Below are positions 52,401 to 64,000 of a stretch of DNA of 64,000 nt, piece after piece; the first letter of the stretch is position 1, and every line of letters starts with the position of its first letter. A program made the position numbers and the translations under genes. This DNA comes from Kudoa neothunni (lineage: Eukaryota; Animalia; Cnidaria), in NCBI GenBank assembly GCA_964304625.1, contig OZ199840.1, forward strand, positions 1,568,959-1,632,958. The letters run 5' to 3'. Under the pieces are notes generated by a model. It saw nothing but the letters and a program-made list of their open reading frames with translations. It had not been told where the DNA came from and made no database searches.

Positions 52401-54368
52401 TTAATCGTCTTCTTTTTTAACAGTAACTTGGTAGACAGCTGTTATGTTTTGAGAATATTTGATGTGGACGTTAGGAAGGTAGACTTTCTCATCGTTTACC
52501 ACATAATGAATGGTTGCGTCCTTGATACAAAGTGGGACGTTTGTCGAAGTGACTACATTGCTGAGGCCTATATTACTTGATGCGAAAATATAATCCAGTT
52601 GAATAGTCGGTTCTTTATTATCAGGTAGAATTATATCAAACGGAGCTTGAATGACACATTCCAATTTTTCATCAATATTATCATAAAGTAGCATATTTTT
52701 GCAGGTATTATTTCCAGTAAATAAAGATAAAAATGAGGACAAAGGATCTTTTCTTTCAAAGAGATCTTCGAAATCAAATTCCCATTTGATGCTGGAAGAT
52801 ATTTCATCGTAATAAGCCAACCCCTTTGAAATATATATTTTAGAGGTACCTGAGTTGTTTGTGACAAACTTTTTGTTTTCTTTGACCATAAGAAAATTAT
52901 TAGAGTAACTAAAACATGGTGTTACTTAAGACATAAAAAAATTAAACACATTACCCGTTTTTTACTAGAAATAAATTGCATAGAGATGAAGGCAGATACA
53001 AGCTCAAAATCAATTTTTTAATGTCTTTGTAGGATCTGTAGCTGTAGTTTGCAGTGAGAGTAACGTTAATCTTGAGATTTCGACTATTTTTAACGGTGAT
53101 ATTTCCAGTCACCTATATAGGTTTTGTTGAAGAGATGGGTGGATCACAAAATGACTTACACTAATTAGTGGCAAATTCCCATTTTTAAACTTGTAATTCA
53201 ACAGGCATATTTTGTTTAGTCGTTTTGGTAAAATAAAATGCATTTGGTTGTTGTAGGCATCGTTATAAGAGGTTTTACGATAGTTTCTATGACTTCGGAT
53301 TAATTTCAAGTTGAGTTCATCGAATCCCACAGTTTCCAAAAGTCCAAAAATAGGTTTACGATAACTAGACTTGTTGCATAAACAACATTCAATGGTCAAG
53401 AAACCTTTATTGGTTTTTATACCATTACTAGCACTCATATGAAGCAGTATTTCTGCATTGACCTCGAAAATAATCTGGAAATAATAATGAAATTTTAATA
53501 ATATGTATAAATGATTATAGTTACTAGGTGATCGTTGGATGGGTCTGAAGAAAAGTCATTTATTGACAGCTCATAGAACATATAGTAAAGCGAACACTTG
53601 GAGTAGATAATTTTCGACATAAGATACTTATGAAAATTCTGTGCAGTACTGTAGTGGTTGAACGCTATACGAACGAGGGGGCTTTTATCGTGATCTAGCA
53701 CATCAGTTAATGTATCTTTGGCGAGAGACTTTCTAATTCCAATTTCGAATCCAATTTTCGTACCATATTTACACACATAATATCTCTATGAATTCATTGA
53801 TCAGATAATTCAACTTCATTACAGTATATGTAGTGTAATTTAAAATCACCTGTAATGATCCTAGATGCAGCTGAGGAGTGATTATCAATGGAACGTTGGT
53901 AGAAGGTGATTTTTCCGCTTTACTAATATTTTTATTTACTTTTGTAAGATTTAATCTATCGTTTATTATCTCGATAAACCCACTGTACCACAAACTTGAT
54001 GTGTTGATTTGTTTGGTCTCATTGATGTAAATTTTGGTGCTTATCACTTGGTGTTTGCTTTCACGCAACATCATCACTTCATCGCAATAATTTTTCTCAT
54101 ACATATCCTCAGAGTTGATCACATCTGCGGAACCACTCTGAGAAAAATTCATATTGATCGAAGCAAGTCTTTGTTTGAGGAATGGCGATCGTCTTGAATG
54201 GGTTATCGGTCGTGGTCTTGGTATAATCGAACTGCATATCTCCTTGTTGTTGCCTTGTTCAGGTTCATCATAATTGATTATTTGAGTTGTTTGGCTCGTC
54301 AGTGTTATCAAACTATAACTGGATCGAGGTCGGGGTTTCGTCTTGAATGTTTCACTCCTATCAACCAT
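52401..54368 (-). CDS. Orphan protein (~550-600 aa), disordered N-terminus followed by folded domains
   Basis: Long ORFs of 200, 93, 109 and 162 aa on one strand; the two junctions I checked (…GSLQ|RYYVC…, …NDHL|IIFEV…) are in-phase short GT-AG introns. Confidence 0.7.
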
Positions 54369-55403
54369 CACTTATTTAAAAAATCACATTCTACCAATTA
54401 CCCATCCATTAGATCAGACAAATGTTAACCTATCGACCAATTTCAATCTAAATGAATACACCAGCAGCTATCGGAACAATAAGGGATGCTTTTCGGAGAA
54501 ATCTCCTTTATTTCTCAGCCTAATTTTTTATCGCAATATACTATTTTAAGCGAAAATAATATAATTTGTTTTTGTAATTATTTTAAATGTTATACGACTA
54601 ACGATAAATGAAGATCGTTTTCGCCCTTTAAATAATTACCCTTTGCATTTACTTGGTGTTTAGCTAAAAACCTTTAAGGCCGCGATAATAGCATTTTACT
54701 ACTTGTTCGATCAAATTTTGAGTTCAGAATATGTCATTTCCTACCAATCCTACAGTTAAACTTCCTCAATAGTTATAATTGTATGTTTAATCGGTATAAA
54801 ACGTAGTCATTTTTCCGTTGAGGTTATATACTAATTTGTTTATTAGTGGATAGTTAAAGTTAATTATAATTTAATGTTGTATAAATACTGTGATATTATT
54901 TTGTAGAGTTTAGAGATTCATTAATTATATTTTGGTTGTCTAATGAGACAAGATTTCTAAAGCCAAATATTCAGATAAAAAATCTTAAAACTAATATCTA
55001 CGTTTAACAAATTAATTTCTCTTGATTATGAATTAATATCTATAATTATTTATTCAAAATTTAATAAATTTTACATTTCTAATAGTTCATTAAATCAATT
55101 CCCTCTATTGAGTTGACGCTGAATTTTAGTTTGAATTTATTTTTCTGTTATATATTGAAATTATAAAATAATATTATTACTGAAATTCGATTAATAAACA
55201 TCGAAATACAGCAAAATAAATATTATAATAAGTTTTGACACAATAAATACATTAATCCGTCGGAACTCTTCGTCATTCGTCGGTGATATATTAATGATAA
55301 AATTTTTATTCATTTTAAAACACCAAATCTGTCGATCTATTCATTTTATGAATAAGTAAATAATGATATTAAAGGTTAGTAGTTATTTTATAGTTTTGTA
55401 TAA

Positions 55404-57179
55404 TCTATCTATCTATATATATAAAATCCTTTGCCTGCCAATGTGTCCACAAGTGCACATTTGCCATGGAGAAAGTTATTTTAAATACAGCTTTTAGTAC
55501 ACATTTAGAAGGATGATACTATTATAAAAAATAGTTAAATCACTTATAATTGCTAAAATAATCAATATGAATATCAGAAATAATGATTTTTCTGGTTTTC
55601 GACGTCGAATAACAGAATAAAAAATACTTGCATAATATTGATATTTGTTTACTTTAAAGTGACAATCAATTAGAATGAACTTTTATCCACTCCATACGAG
55701 AGAGAATCTGTAAAATTTGGTATATAATGTTTCAAAAATGTTACATATACCAGTTTGGAGTAATTTTAAGACAAATAAAATTATTAAAGTTACATTTACA
55801 AGAGTTTTTGCATTTCCCTTAAAATTTGTGGCATATTACATTTATTTAAATATAGATTCATTTTCCAAGCATTATAGATACATTTTAAGCAAAAAGTTTT
55901 GAGACCATTTTAAATAAAACACATAATTTGAGATTATAAGTTGTTGTCTTGTTGGAATAATTTGGGATTTTATACGCATTCTAAAAACGATGTAAGATGT
56001 GTGTAGAGTTTTCAAATAATTAAATTTTTGTGATAACTTCTTAAATGAAAATTTCTTTTTATTATTTACATCGATTGAAATTGAAACCAAATTCGTATTT
56101 TCGATAATATTTACTCATTTTTTGGTTTTCCTAAAATTTCTTACAAAACATCTTGCATCACTAAATCGATGAGTTTCTAAATTTAATAAGATAATATTTA
56201 AATAATGATTAAGTTCTTAGTAACCTAATTACTCCTTACCCCTAGACCTTAAGATTAATATTCAAATCAATATGTAATTTTCTTTTCGCTAAAACTAATT
56301 CATTATGATATAAAAACTGCATGAAAATACAATCTTTCTCAATATGTGTCATGTAAGTAAATGAGAAATTATTGGTCTATTCGATCTAACCTATATTTTC
56401 ACAAAGTTATCGTTAAGCTAAGAATAGTTCAATACAACGAACTTTTCCAAAACAATCAAATAATGCGTTTATTTTGAAAAGGGTGCACTTCTTCGAGGAA
56501 ACCAGTTGATATTAAAATATTTAAGCATTACTGTAATTTTCGACCATAAAACACCTTTACAATTTAGATTTTAGATTTAATCGTATTTTGATAATTAAGT
56601 TTGTATATTTTTGAACCAATAAGTATTATTGTTAAAAAGAAGGTTTTTATTTATTCAAAAATCGGGAAATTATGTTAAATTAATGAATACGTAAGTGACC
56701 ACTCACAGATTATTAAAGTCTCATTAACATCCTTTATAAAATTGAAAAAAAGGAGTAACAATTAATATTTTTATTTCTTGCGCATCTTAAGTTGATTTTA
56801 TTTTATTATCCTTTGTAGACTAATAATAAATTTTATAACTAGAAGGATTAATTTTTATAGCTAAATTTTGAAATGAACTGAAAGTCCTATTTAAGTTATT
56901 TATTGATGTTGTTTAATAAATAAATGAACTTTAATCATTAATTAAATTCATTATATTTTTGGTCATAATTTGCAAAATAAACTCATAAATATTCATTAAT
57001 TTCCCTCAATACCTCTACTTATATTTGAATGGAAAGTACGCGCATAATTTTGTTTTTTAGATCATTACATTGCAAAAATACTGAAAAGCTTTAAAATGCA
57101 TCAATTAAATTAGAAAAATAAAATTAAAGTCAACATTTTCCAACACACAGCACCAGGCAAAACTGAGCATTAGCGTTAT
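55404..57179 (+). mobile_element. Non-autonomous Helitron-like element, copy B (~1.78 kb)
   Basis: Same 5' TCTATCTATATATATAAAA start, same internal sequence and 3' CAGGCAAAACTG…CATTAGCG end as copy A; lacks ~70 bp near the 3' end. Confidence 0.75.
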
Positions 57180-57819
57180 TTACTTAAAAATAAAAAAGAT
57201 GTTAGTCTGCGATAGGTTTCGACTGTAGTTGACTGGAAATGAAAGACTTTGTGAAGCGAGGCATTTGCGCTGGTTTTTATATAAAAATTATAACGAATAA
57301 TCAATTTGAACTGCTTAAAAAATCCTTTTTTTATTATATTGACAACACCATTGTGTCATCAATATTCTGTCCAATGATAGCTTGAGTTAATTTATTGAAA
57401 ATGACCATTTTTTTGAATAATTAATTCCCTTATAGCAATTGTTATTGAAAACTTTTAAATTTTAATAAACTAATAATTTTTATATCTTTACATCCCAAAA
57501 CAAAGCCAGACTTTGTTGATGAAAATATTTAGCAGTTAATTGCTTCAAGTAGTAATGCATTGTATGAAATCTGAAATAAGCGAAAGTTTAATTAAAAATA
57601 TATTCTCTTAATCGGTTGATTACGCAAGAAAATTTGTTGAGACCCAATTGAATATTTTAGTAGTTTGTTTAAATAAGATATGAATCATACAACATGTTTC
57701 TTTTAAGGTGAGTAAATATATTTATTAATATTACTTTAAAATTAAAATAAACAATCAATTTTAACGAGAAATCCAATGTACAGACAAAAATATAACTGAT
57801 AATAATTAGGATAAAGACT

Positions 57820-58505
57820 CTTTTCTTGGCTATTTATGGAAAACATTAAGTGAGAATTATGTTCTTAATCAGTTCTATATATGCAAAAATTATAACTTTT
57901 AAGTGAACTAGATATTTTATATTTATGCACAAAATATCCGATGTGAAAAGTCATTCATGTGTAGTATGTTTTTAATAGTTTATTTAATTTTTGAATGCCA
58001 ATTAAGTGTAATTTGAAATAAATTAACATTATTCTAAAAATATAATTCAAACTTCATTTAAATTAAACTTTTACTCGTCTTATAGTTTACTTTAAATATT
58101 TAGAATCATAATTTTGAATATTCAACTTATTCCTAACAATCTCATAGATCTTTTTTCATTCATAATATATTTTTATATTTCATTCAAGGTTTAATTTTTA
58201 TAATTTATTAACAAAGTTAAAAATAAATAAATAATTCTTTTTATATGTTAATAAATTGAAGATAATTGGTATAAAACGAAACTTATTTGTCTATAACATT
58301 CATTAATTGACAATTGTTTACCAAACTTATTTCTGCTTCGATTTCGCCCAAATCTCAAATGATATATTTCATAAGAGATTCTAATTATTTATTAGCCGTA
58401 CAATAGGTACAAAGCATGCTAGACCTTACATTTTTATCCTTAACTCGGTGTATGAGTCTCGGGTCCCTAGAATCCGTCTTCCCAACCATCAATAGGAATG
58501 CCCTG
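57820..58505 (-). mobile_element. Dispersed copy of the relic element found in the Kunitz units
   Basis: Reverse complement aligns by eye with 2553-3270 and 14448-15230. Confidence 0.55.
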
Positions 58506-60671
58506 CTTTAATGGAATCTGCATGTATATTTTGGCTAAAATATTAATTTCTATTAGGTGGAGAACAAGAACAACCAACAAAATATATCTTTTGAAAAAAG
58601 AAATATGAATACTCATTTTTTAAACGCTGCGAAAAAGTTTACATTACTATATAACTAACACATACCAAAATTGGGTTGATAGATTTAAAAACCCAAAACT
58701 CACTGCCATGCAAAGTTGGGTAACAGCGTTTTTATATTAAAAATATGTATTAAATTAACTAAGATATAGCATGTTTGATAGAGTATTGATTACTTCTTAA
58801 TAATGAAGCATAACTGTAGTTTTAAACGTATGTCATTCAGTTAATAAAATAAAGTATATGCATAGCTGTGGATAGAAAAATTGATTAAGCTCATTAAATC
58901 TTTATTTTCGCAGTGAAAAGCACATTTTTGGAATTATAATTGAAAATAAATACCTCTCTACCTGTTTATATATATATATATATTAATTGGAATAGCACTC
59001 ATTTGAAATTACCCTTTTTATGGCTTCTCTAATAAAATCACGTGTGAATATTATTTGTCGTAAAAAAATGTGATATTTTTGTAATAGATTTTATTGTATG
59101 AAAGATTGTCCAAAATATCATTTCTCATAGAGATAATTATGATTGATTTAGAATTTTTGTATTTAATTGTGTACGGATCCTTGTTAATCCTTTGTAGTTA
59201 ACGTTATCAATTAAGTTAAATCATTCTCAACAAACAACTAACCAAATTGAATTTCTCTCTTTAGAGTTAAATTAGAATTAAATTAGATCTAAATTAGCTC
59301 TAAATTAGTGATTTTAAGTAGCTACTAAAATATATAATTTTGGATTTATTTGTGATAGAATATCTGATGGATTATAATAGGATAAATTAACGGCATTTAA
59401 TCATTATTTATTAGAATCCCCAAGATAGTAGTAAATTAGATCTTTTTATATATAAACTACTAGTATCCCTAAAAAGATTCATTATTGTTTTTTACTTATA
59501 ATGTTACGAATATTATCTGCATCGATCTTAACAATTCGTGTTATTTTTGTAAAATAATATTAAAACATGTCGAGTTTTTATTAGAAGAAATTAAGTTAAA
59601 TTAATATATCGCAATTTCTGTTCATAATATATATTATTTTTTAATGATTGTTTTAATTATTATAATCGTCATAAAAATGACACAATTAAAATATTTATTA
59701 TGAATATGTTGATTATACACAATATTAGTGATCAATAAATTACCTTGAATAATACATGTTAATATATTCAAGAGTTTATTTACATAAAGTAAATTAATTT
59801 TCAGACTAACACAATTATTTCCCTTACGAATCGTGATAATGGGTTAATTTTATTTTCACTCAATAAATACGTTCGATGTTTATTATTTTCGTGCCAATGT
59901 TCATTTACAATTGAATTTAATAAAAAAATTGTATCTCCGAGGTCCTTTAGTTCGGATATTTTCTCCAGAATAATTTTAATTTTTTTAAATTTTATCGGCT
60001 TAAAAACAGATTAAAAATAACTTTAATTTTTTCGGCATATTTTATAACATATTATATAAAAGATGATCGTAAAAATATAGTTTATCATAGTTTAACAATA
60101 TTTACATAAATATTTTAGAGGCTGGTAAACTAATTTAAAAAAAATATACGAGGATTATCGTTGCGTATTATCTGTTAAATCTCATTATCATTATATGTAA
60201 TTATACAATATATCAACTTCATGAAGAAAAATATATACACTAAAACTCAATCTGTTACACCTCATATACAAATTTTCGATTTAAATATTTTTAGATATGT
60301 AATAATTTTGAAAATGAGAAATTTACAGCAATAATTAGCGCGCAAGCACACATAATTGTTCAATGTAAGCATATTGATTATACTAATTTAGTTTGTTCAC
60401 AGATCAGATACAAAATAAATTTTCAATGTATTTAAAGACAAACTAAAGTTGTTAAAAGGTTAGGATTGAGAAGAACGGGATTTTTATTTAATTTTTTACT
60501 ATAATCAAATAATACAGGCTAGTAATAAATGTTTTAGTATGTTCATCATTCAAATCGATACAAATAAATATATTTAAGTCATACAATATTTTCAGACAAC
60601 AAATAAAAAAGTATGATATTCAATTAATACAATAGGAATAAATCTAATCATAGATTCAAATAATTAATCAA

Positions 60672-61364
60672 TCAATTGGAATCCTGTCGAATTTCAAGTT
60701 TTCTAATGTTGGGATTGTTGTTTTGATCGAAAAATTCGCCCTCCACATACAAATAACCATCAGCTTTCAGAGTTGGATTAAGTGTGGACTGATTCACATT
60801 TGAAGGTATAGAGAAGATTTGCTGCATTCTCTCTTTTTCATTCCCCACGATATTTGTTTCAACAACTATTTTATTGGAGTCCACATGCACGTCAATATCC
60901 TCGGGTTTGCAATCCTTCACATCGAATTTTACGATAAACCGATCCTTCTGACTCAATTCTTCGATAGGTGATCTTTTCCTTGGGATGATTGGATCGAATT
61001 TTACAACCAAGTTTCCTCGTTGGCTGATCCAATGTTTCATAGAATCCAGCTGTAGGTTTTCAGGGAGTGAAAACTCTCTATAGAATTCCATTTTATCATG
61101 GCCTTGTTCGTTTTTCTCGTAGCTTTTTCCATTAACACACAGCATTCCATTTTTCACTTCCACAGCAATGTCATCAGGTTGGAATTGGCCAATATTAAGT
61201 GTAAGTTGGTAGGGTTGTGGTGTCGACTTTTTTTCTCTCTCAATTGGAACTAATGTCTCCAAACAATCGCAGATATTTTCGAAAAGATCTTTTCTACAAT
61301 GAAGAATATCATCACAGAGCGATCCAAAAAAAGGTCTCTTCATTGGTACTAAGCTCACAATCAT
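60672..61364 (-). CDS. Small heat-shock protein with two alpha-crystallin domains, intronless (230 aa)
   Basis: Domain 1 YQLTLNIGQFQPDDIAVEVKNGMLCVNGK…EFYREFSLPEN…GNLVV; domain 2 FIVKFDVKDCKPEDIDVHV…FSIPSNV…LKADGYLYVE; C-terminal LEI (I-x-I-like) motif. Confidence 0.92.
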   Translation of the reverse strand: MIVSLVPMKRPFFGSLCDDILHCRKDLFENICDCLETLVPIEREKKSTPQPYQLTLNIGQFQPDDIAVEVKNGMLCVNGKSYEKNEQGHDKMEFYREFSLPENLQLDSMKHWISQRGNLVVKFDPIIPRKRSPIEELSQKDRFIVKFDVKDCKPEDIDVHVDSNKIVVETNIVGNEKERMQQIFSIPSNVNQSTLNPTLKADGYLYVEGEFFDQNNNPNIRKLEIRQDSN

Positions 61365-61394
61365 TCTGTCTGGATATACACAGAGCTACCACTC

Positions 61395-61477
61395 CTTATA
61401 TACTACTCAGAACATCTCGAAAATCCATCAAAATTCTAGATCTCGGTTGTAACTTCCAGAAGGTACTAGAAGTTTTT
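61395..61477 (-). promoter_or_regulatory. TATA box and heat-shock elements of the sHSP gene
   Basis: TATATAAG on the minus strand at 61395-61402. Alternating nGAAn/nTTCn array cTTCcaGAAggTACtaGAAgtTTT at 61453-61477 and a weaker array at 61408-61427. Confidence 0.8.
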
Positions 61478-62216
61478 TAATCCTCACTCTTCCGATTTAA
61501 ACCGAAAACACTATCAAATATTATATATTTTAAGAACCAACGATAATTATGGTTGAGTTAGTTCACTAAAATTATGCAAATTTATACGAAAAATAATACT
61601 ACAGTAAAAGTAACTTTATAATTAAATATCAGTAAATGATAAATATTTGGTCACGTGCCGACAACCCGACATCGTTCAATCGAATTTTAAGTCTCATTAT
61701 GCGAATACCTTGATATTGCTTACTTTGAATTTGGGCTATTTACATAGATAATTAAGCCATTCTTTTTTATTAGGTATTTTCGCGTAATGTCGTGATACAT
61801 TTTCTAATAAAAATAATAAATCAAGTTGGTTGACATGGTAACTGTTGGGTGTTAACAAAATCAAATATTAAATGTATCCGAGATCCAATTAATTTACGTT
61901 ATGTTAAACAACTAAAAAACAAATTAATATGTCAAATACACTAAATACATTAATTAGAGTCGGTAAGTATGATTATTTGGTGTGAGATTTAAGGTAAATG
62001 GATTAGTAGCTAGGTTTGATAAGGTCCAATAATTATTTTAGGATTATTATAATTTTGGTTTTACACAGATGAATTAATAGATATCTTTCCTATGGAAATA
62101 AAATTAACTAAATTAAACTATGCAATTCCAATTAATAATTTTCACATAAACTAATAGTTTGATAAGGATTAGCGTAAAATCTGTTGGTGTTGTGGGTGGT
62201 AGATCCTGGGTGACCA

Positions 62217-64000
62217 ATGGAGTTATCGTTGGATTTCGATTTGGATGATTTGAACGAGGCTGATTTAAATGCAATAATAGATCATTTATGTAAATATTCG
62301 CGTGCATGAAATGATAATGACTGGGAAATGTTGTAGGTGTGTCGGCTGACTCGACAAATGTCATAGGGGAGTTTTGTGAGGAGAATATTGAGTTGATTCG
62401 ACAGAACGTATTCACAGTATAGTTTGATTACCGTATATTGGTAATGAGTATATTATTGGGGATTTGATCAGAAATTTAAAGAGCTCAAAGTCACTCTAGC
62501 TATTGTGAGAGTAAGATTTGTGCGTGAAAAATTTTCCAATAAACCTCATCGCCATACTTGATATTAGGCGTATAGAGAAAAAACTAAGCAGTTGAATTTG
62601 AAATTAAAAAACCATGATGAACGTGTGAAACGACTTGAAGACGAAGTAGCTACACATAGTTTCAACTATTAGATGTTATACTTTTAAAATTTCATGTTAG
62701 AACAATCAACTACAATATAAAATCAAAATTAAAAATAAACTACTAAACGAGATGTTAGCGTTTGACGAATGTGATGAGAAAACAGAAAATATTCAACCCT
62801 CATTAAATTCGCCACAAAAAGACATGAATTTTTGGGAGAATATAAATTCAGTTGGTGATAATATTTCGCTTGGATCTAATGATAGATTGACTGTTGAACG
62901 AAATCTGTTTCAACGATTGCCCCCCGAAACCAGCTCCAGTGACGTGGAATCAGTTTATCGTTCTAATTCTGGCCGCTCTCAACTGCTAAAAACTAAATCA
63001 TGTAATTTTTCTGGTGAATTTTTATTTTTATTCATAGCTTGAATTTTGTTTTATGTAAAGATGATGATGGGTTTAATTTATATGCAGAAAAGGTGTTTGT
63101 TTGATCAATATTTAATTGTACTTATTATGTGTGCTCATACAGATGCAAGAGCTGTGTTTGCATTCGAAAACTCTAACCAAAGATGAGCGAAATTTGATCG
63201 AACAGCTGTTGGTTAATTTCACCGAGCATATAAATCAAAATAAATTCGTTAATGAATTCCTTTCGACAAATATTGAAGAGGCATTACAGCAGAAAGTATT
63301 ATTTTTCACTCAACAAATTTTCGGTTATAATAATTGATAAACTAATGGTAGGATGAAATCAACTATCTTGTGTCTGAAATGGAAAAATTGGAGGAGGAAA
63401 AAATCCAAGCAATTTTATGGTTAGAAATTTTTAATTGATTTATTTTAGCTTGCCACTGCCAACGAAACAATCACCACTAAAATGGAATTGTTGACCGAAA
63501 GACTTAATGATGTTAACGAAAAAGTATTGCTCTTTTGATGAGAGATTTTTAAGATTTTCTAATTAAGCTGTATAATATGACGAAAAAATGTGAATTATAT
63601 GAAGAGCGCTACCGAATCAATAAGGTAAATTCTAAATGAACTAACTGTAAAAATATTTTCATAAAGACCTCCACAAATGGAATCATCCCTAATGAATATA
63701 ATCGCATGCTTGGCGACGGTCACAATAATGCTTTGGATGAATTTGGAGAAGACCGACAATTGATTAAATCTCCAAATTTAAGTTCCGGTTTGTCGACCTC
63801 CTTTTCTAAAGGTGCTAGGGAATCTTCTTTGGATGATGAACAGCAGGATTTCAATGGAACAAGTTTTTTTGTTTTATTAATGAATTCTGTAATATTATTT
63901 CACATTAGGAAGTCAAATAAGAAAAACCCCACTTGCTACACCAAAGTTCAAATTAGTCAAATCAATGGAGGGTATTAATTGCTAGATTTCGTTGAGTTTT
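62217..64000 (+). CDS. Coiled-coil protein with a RASEF/Rab45-CRACR2-like segment; runs off the window
   Basis: Multi-exon frame from MELSLDFDLDD. The segment QMQELC…IEQLLVNFTEHINQ…NEFLSTNIEEA…EMEKLEEEKIQA resembles, from memory, the RASEF coiled coil. No Rab domain inside the window. Confidence 0.5.

Noticed and set aside
62217-62650. Resemblance of the N-terminus to CEP290
   Set aside because: Only generic acidic and coiled-coil similarity; the downstream segment fits RASEF-like proteins better.
1-64000. CRISPR arrays, rRNA genes, operons or other prokaryotic systems
   Set aside because: The sequence is intron-containing eukaryotic DNA; no repeat-spacer array or rRNA signature was seen.

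Overview
AT-rich eukaryotic (metazoan-type) genomic DNA with very short GT-AG introns, mostly about 37-55 nt. This fits a compact parasitic invertebrate such as a myxozoan, but the taxon is inferred, not shown. The first 21.5 kb is a tandem array of four ~4.3-kb units. Each unit carries a 6-exon gene for a secreted protein with five Kunitz/BPTI-like domains and an unusual 2/6/4/4/4 cysteine pattern. A fifth, strongly diverged paralog with the same architecture lies at 39.9-41.3 kb. The array is interrupted by a nested stack of four DNA transposon derivatives (4.7-8.0 kb) and a nearly full-length decayed piggyBac (15.7-18.6 kb). Other genes are a PH-ArfGAP-ankyrin gene, a syntaxin 7/12-like gene, an intronless double alpha-crystallin small HSP with TATA box and heat-shock elements, a RASEF-like coiled-coil gene and several orphan genes, one with a faint p53-fold resemblance. 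Other repeats are two tRNA-derived SINEs with a shared tail, two Helitron-like copies, a pogo/Tigger transposase relic, MITEs and retroelement relics. Gene models were spliced by eye; no database search was run.
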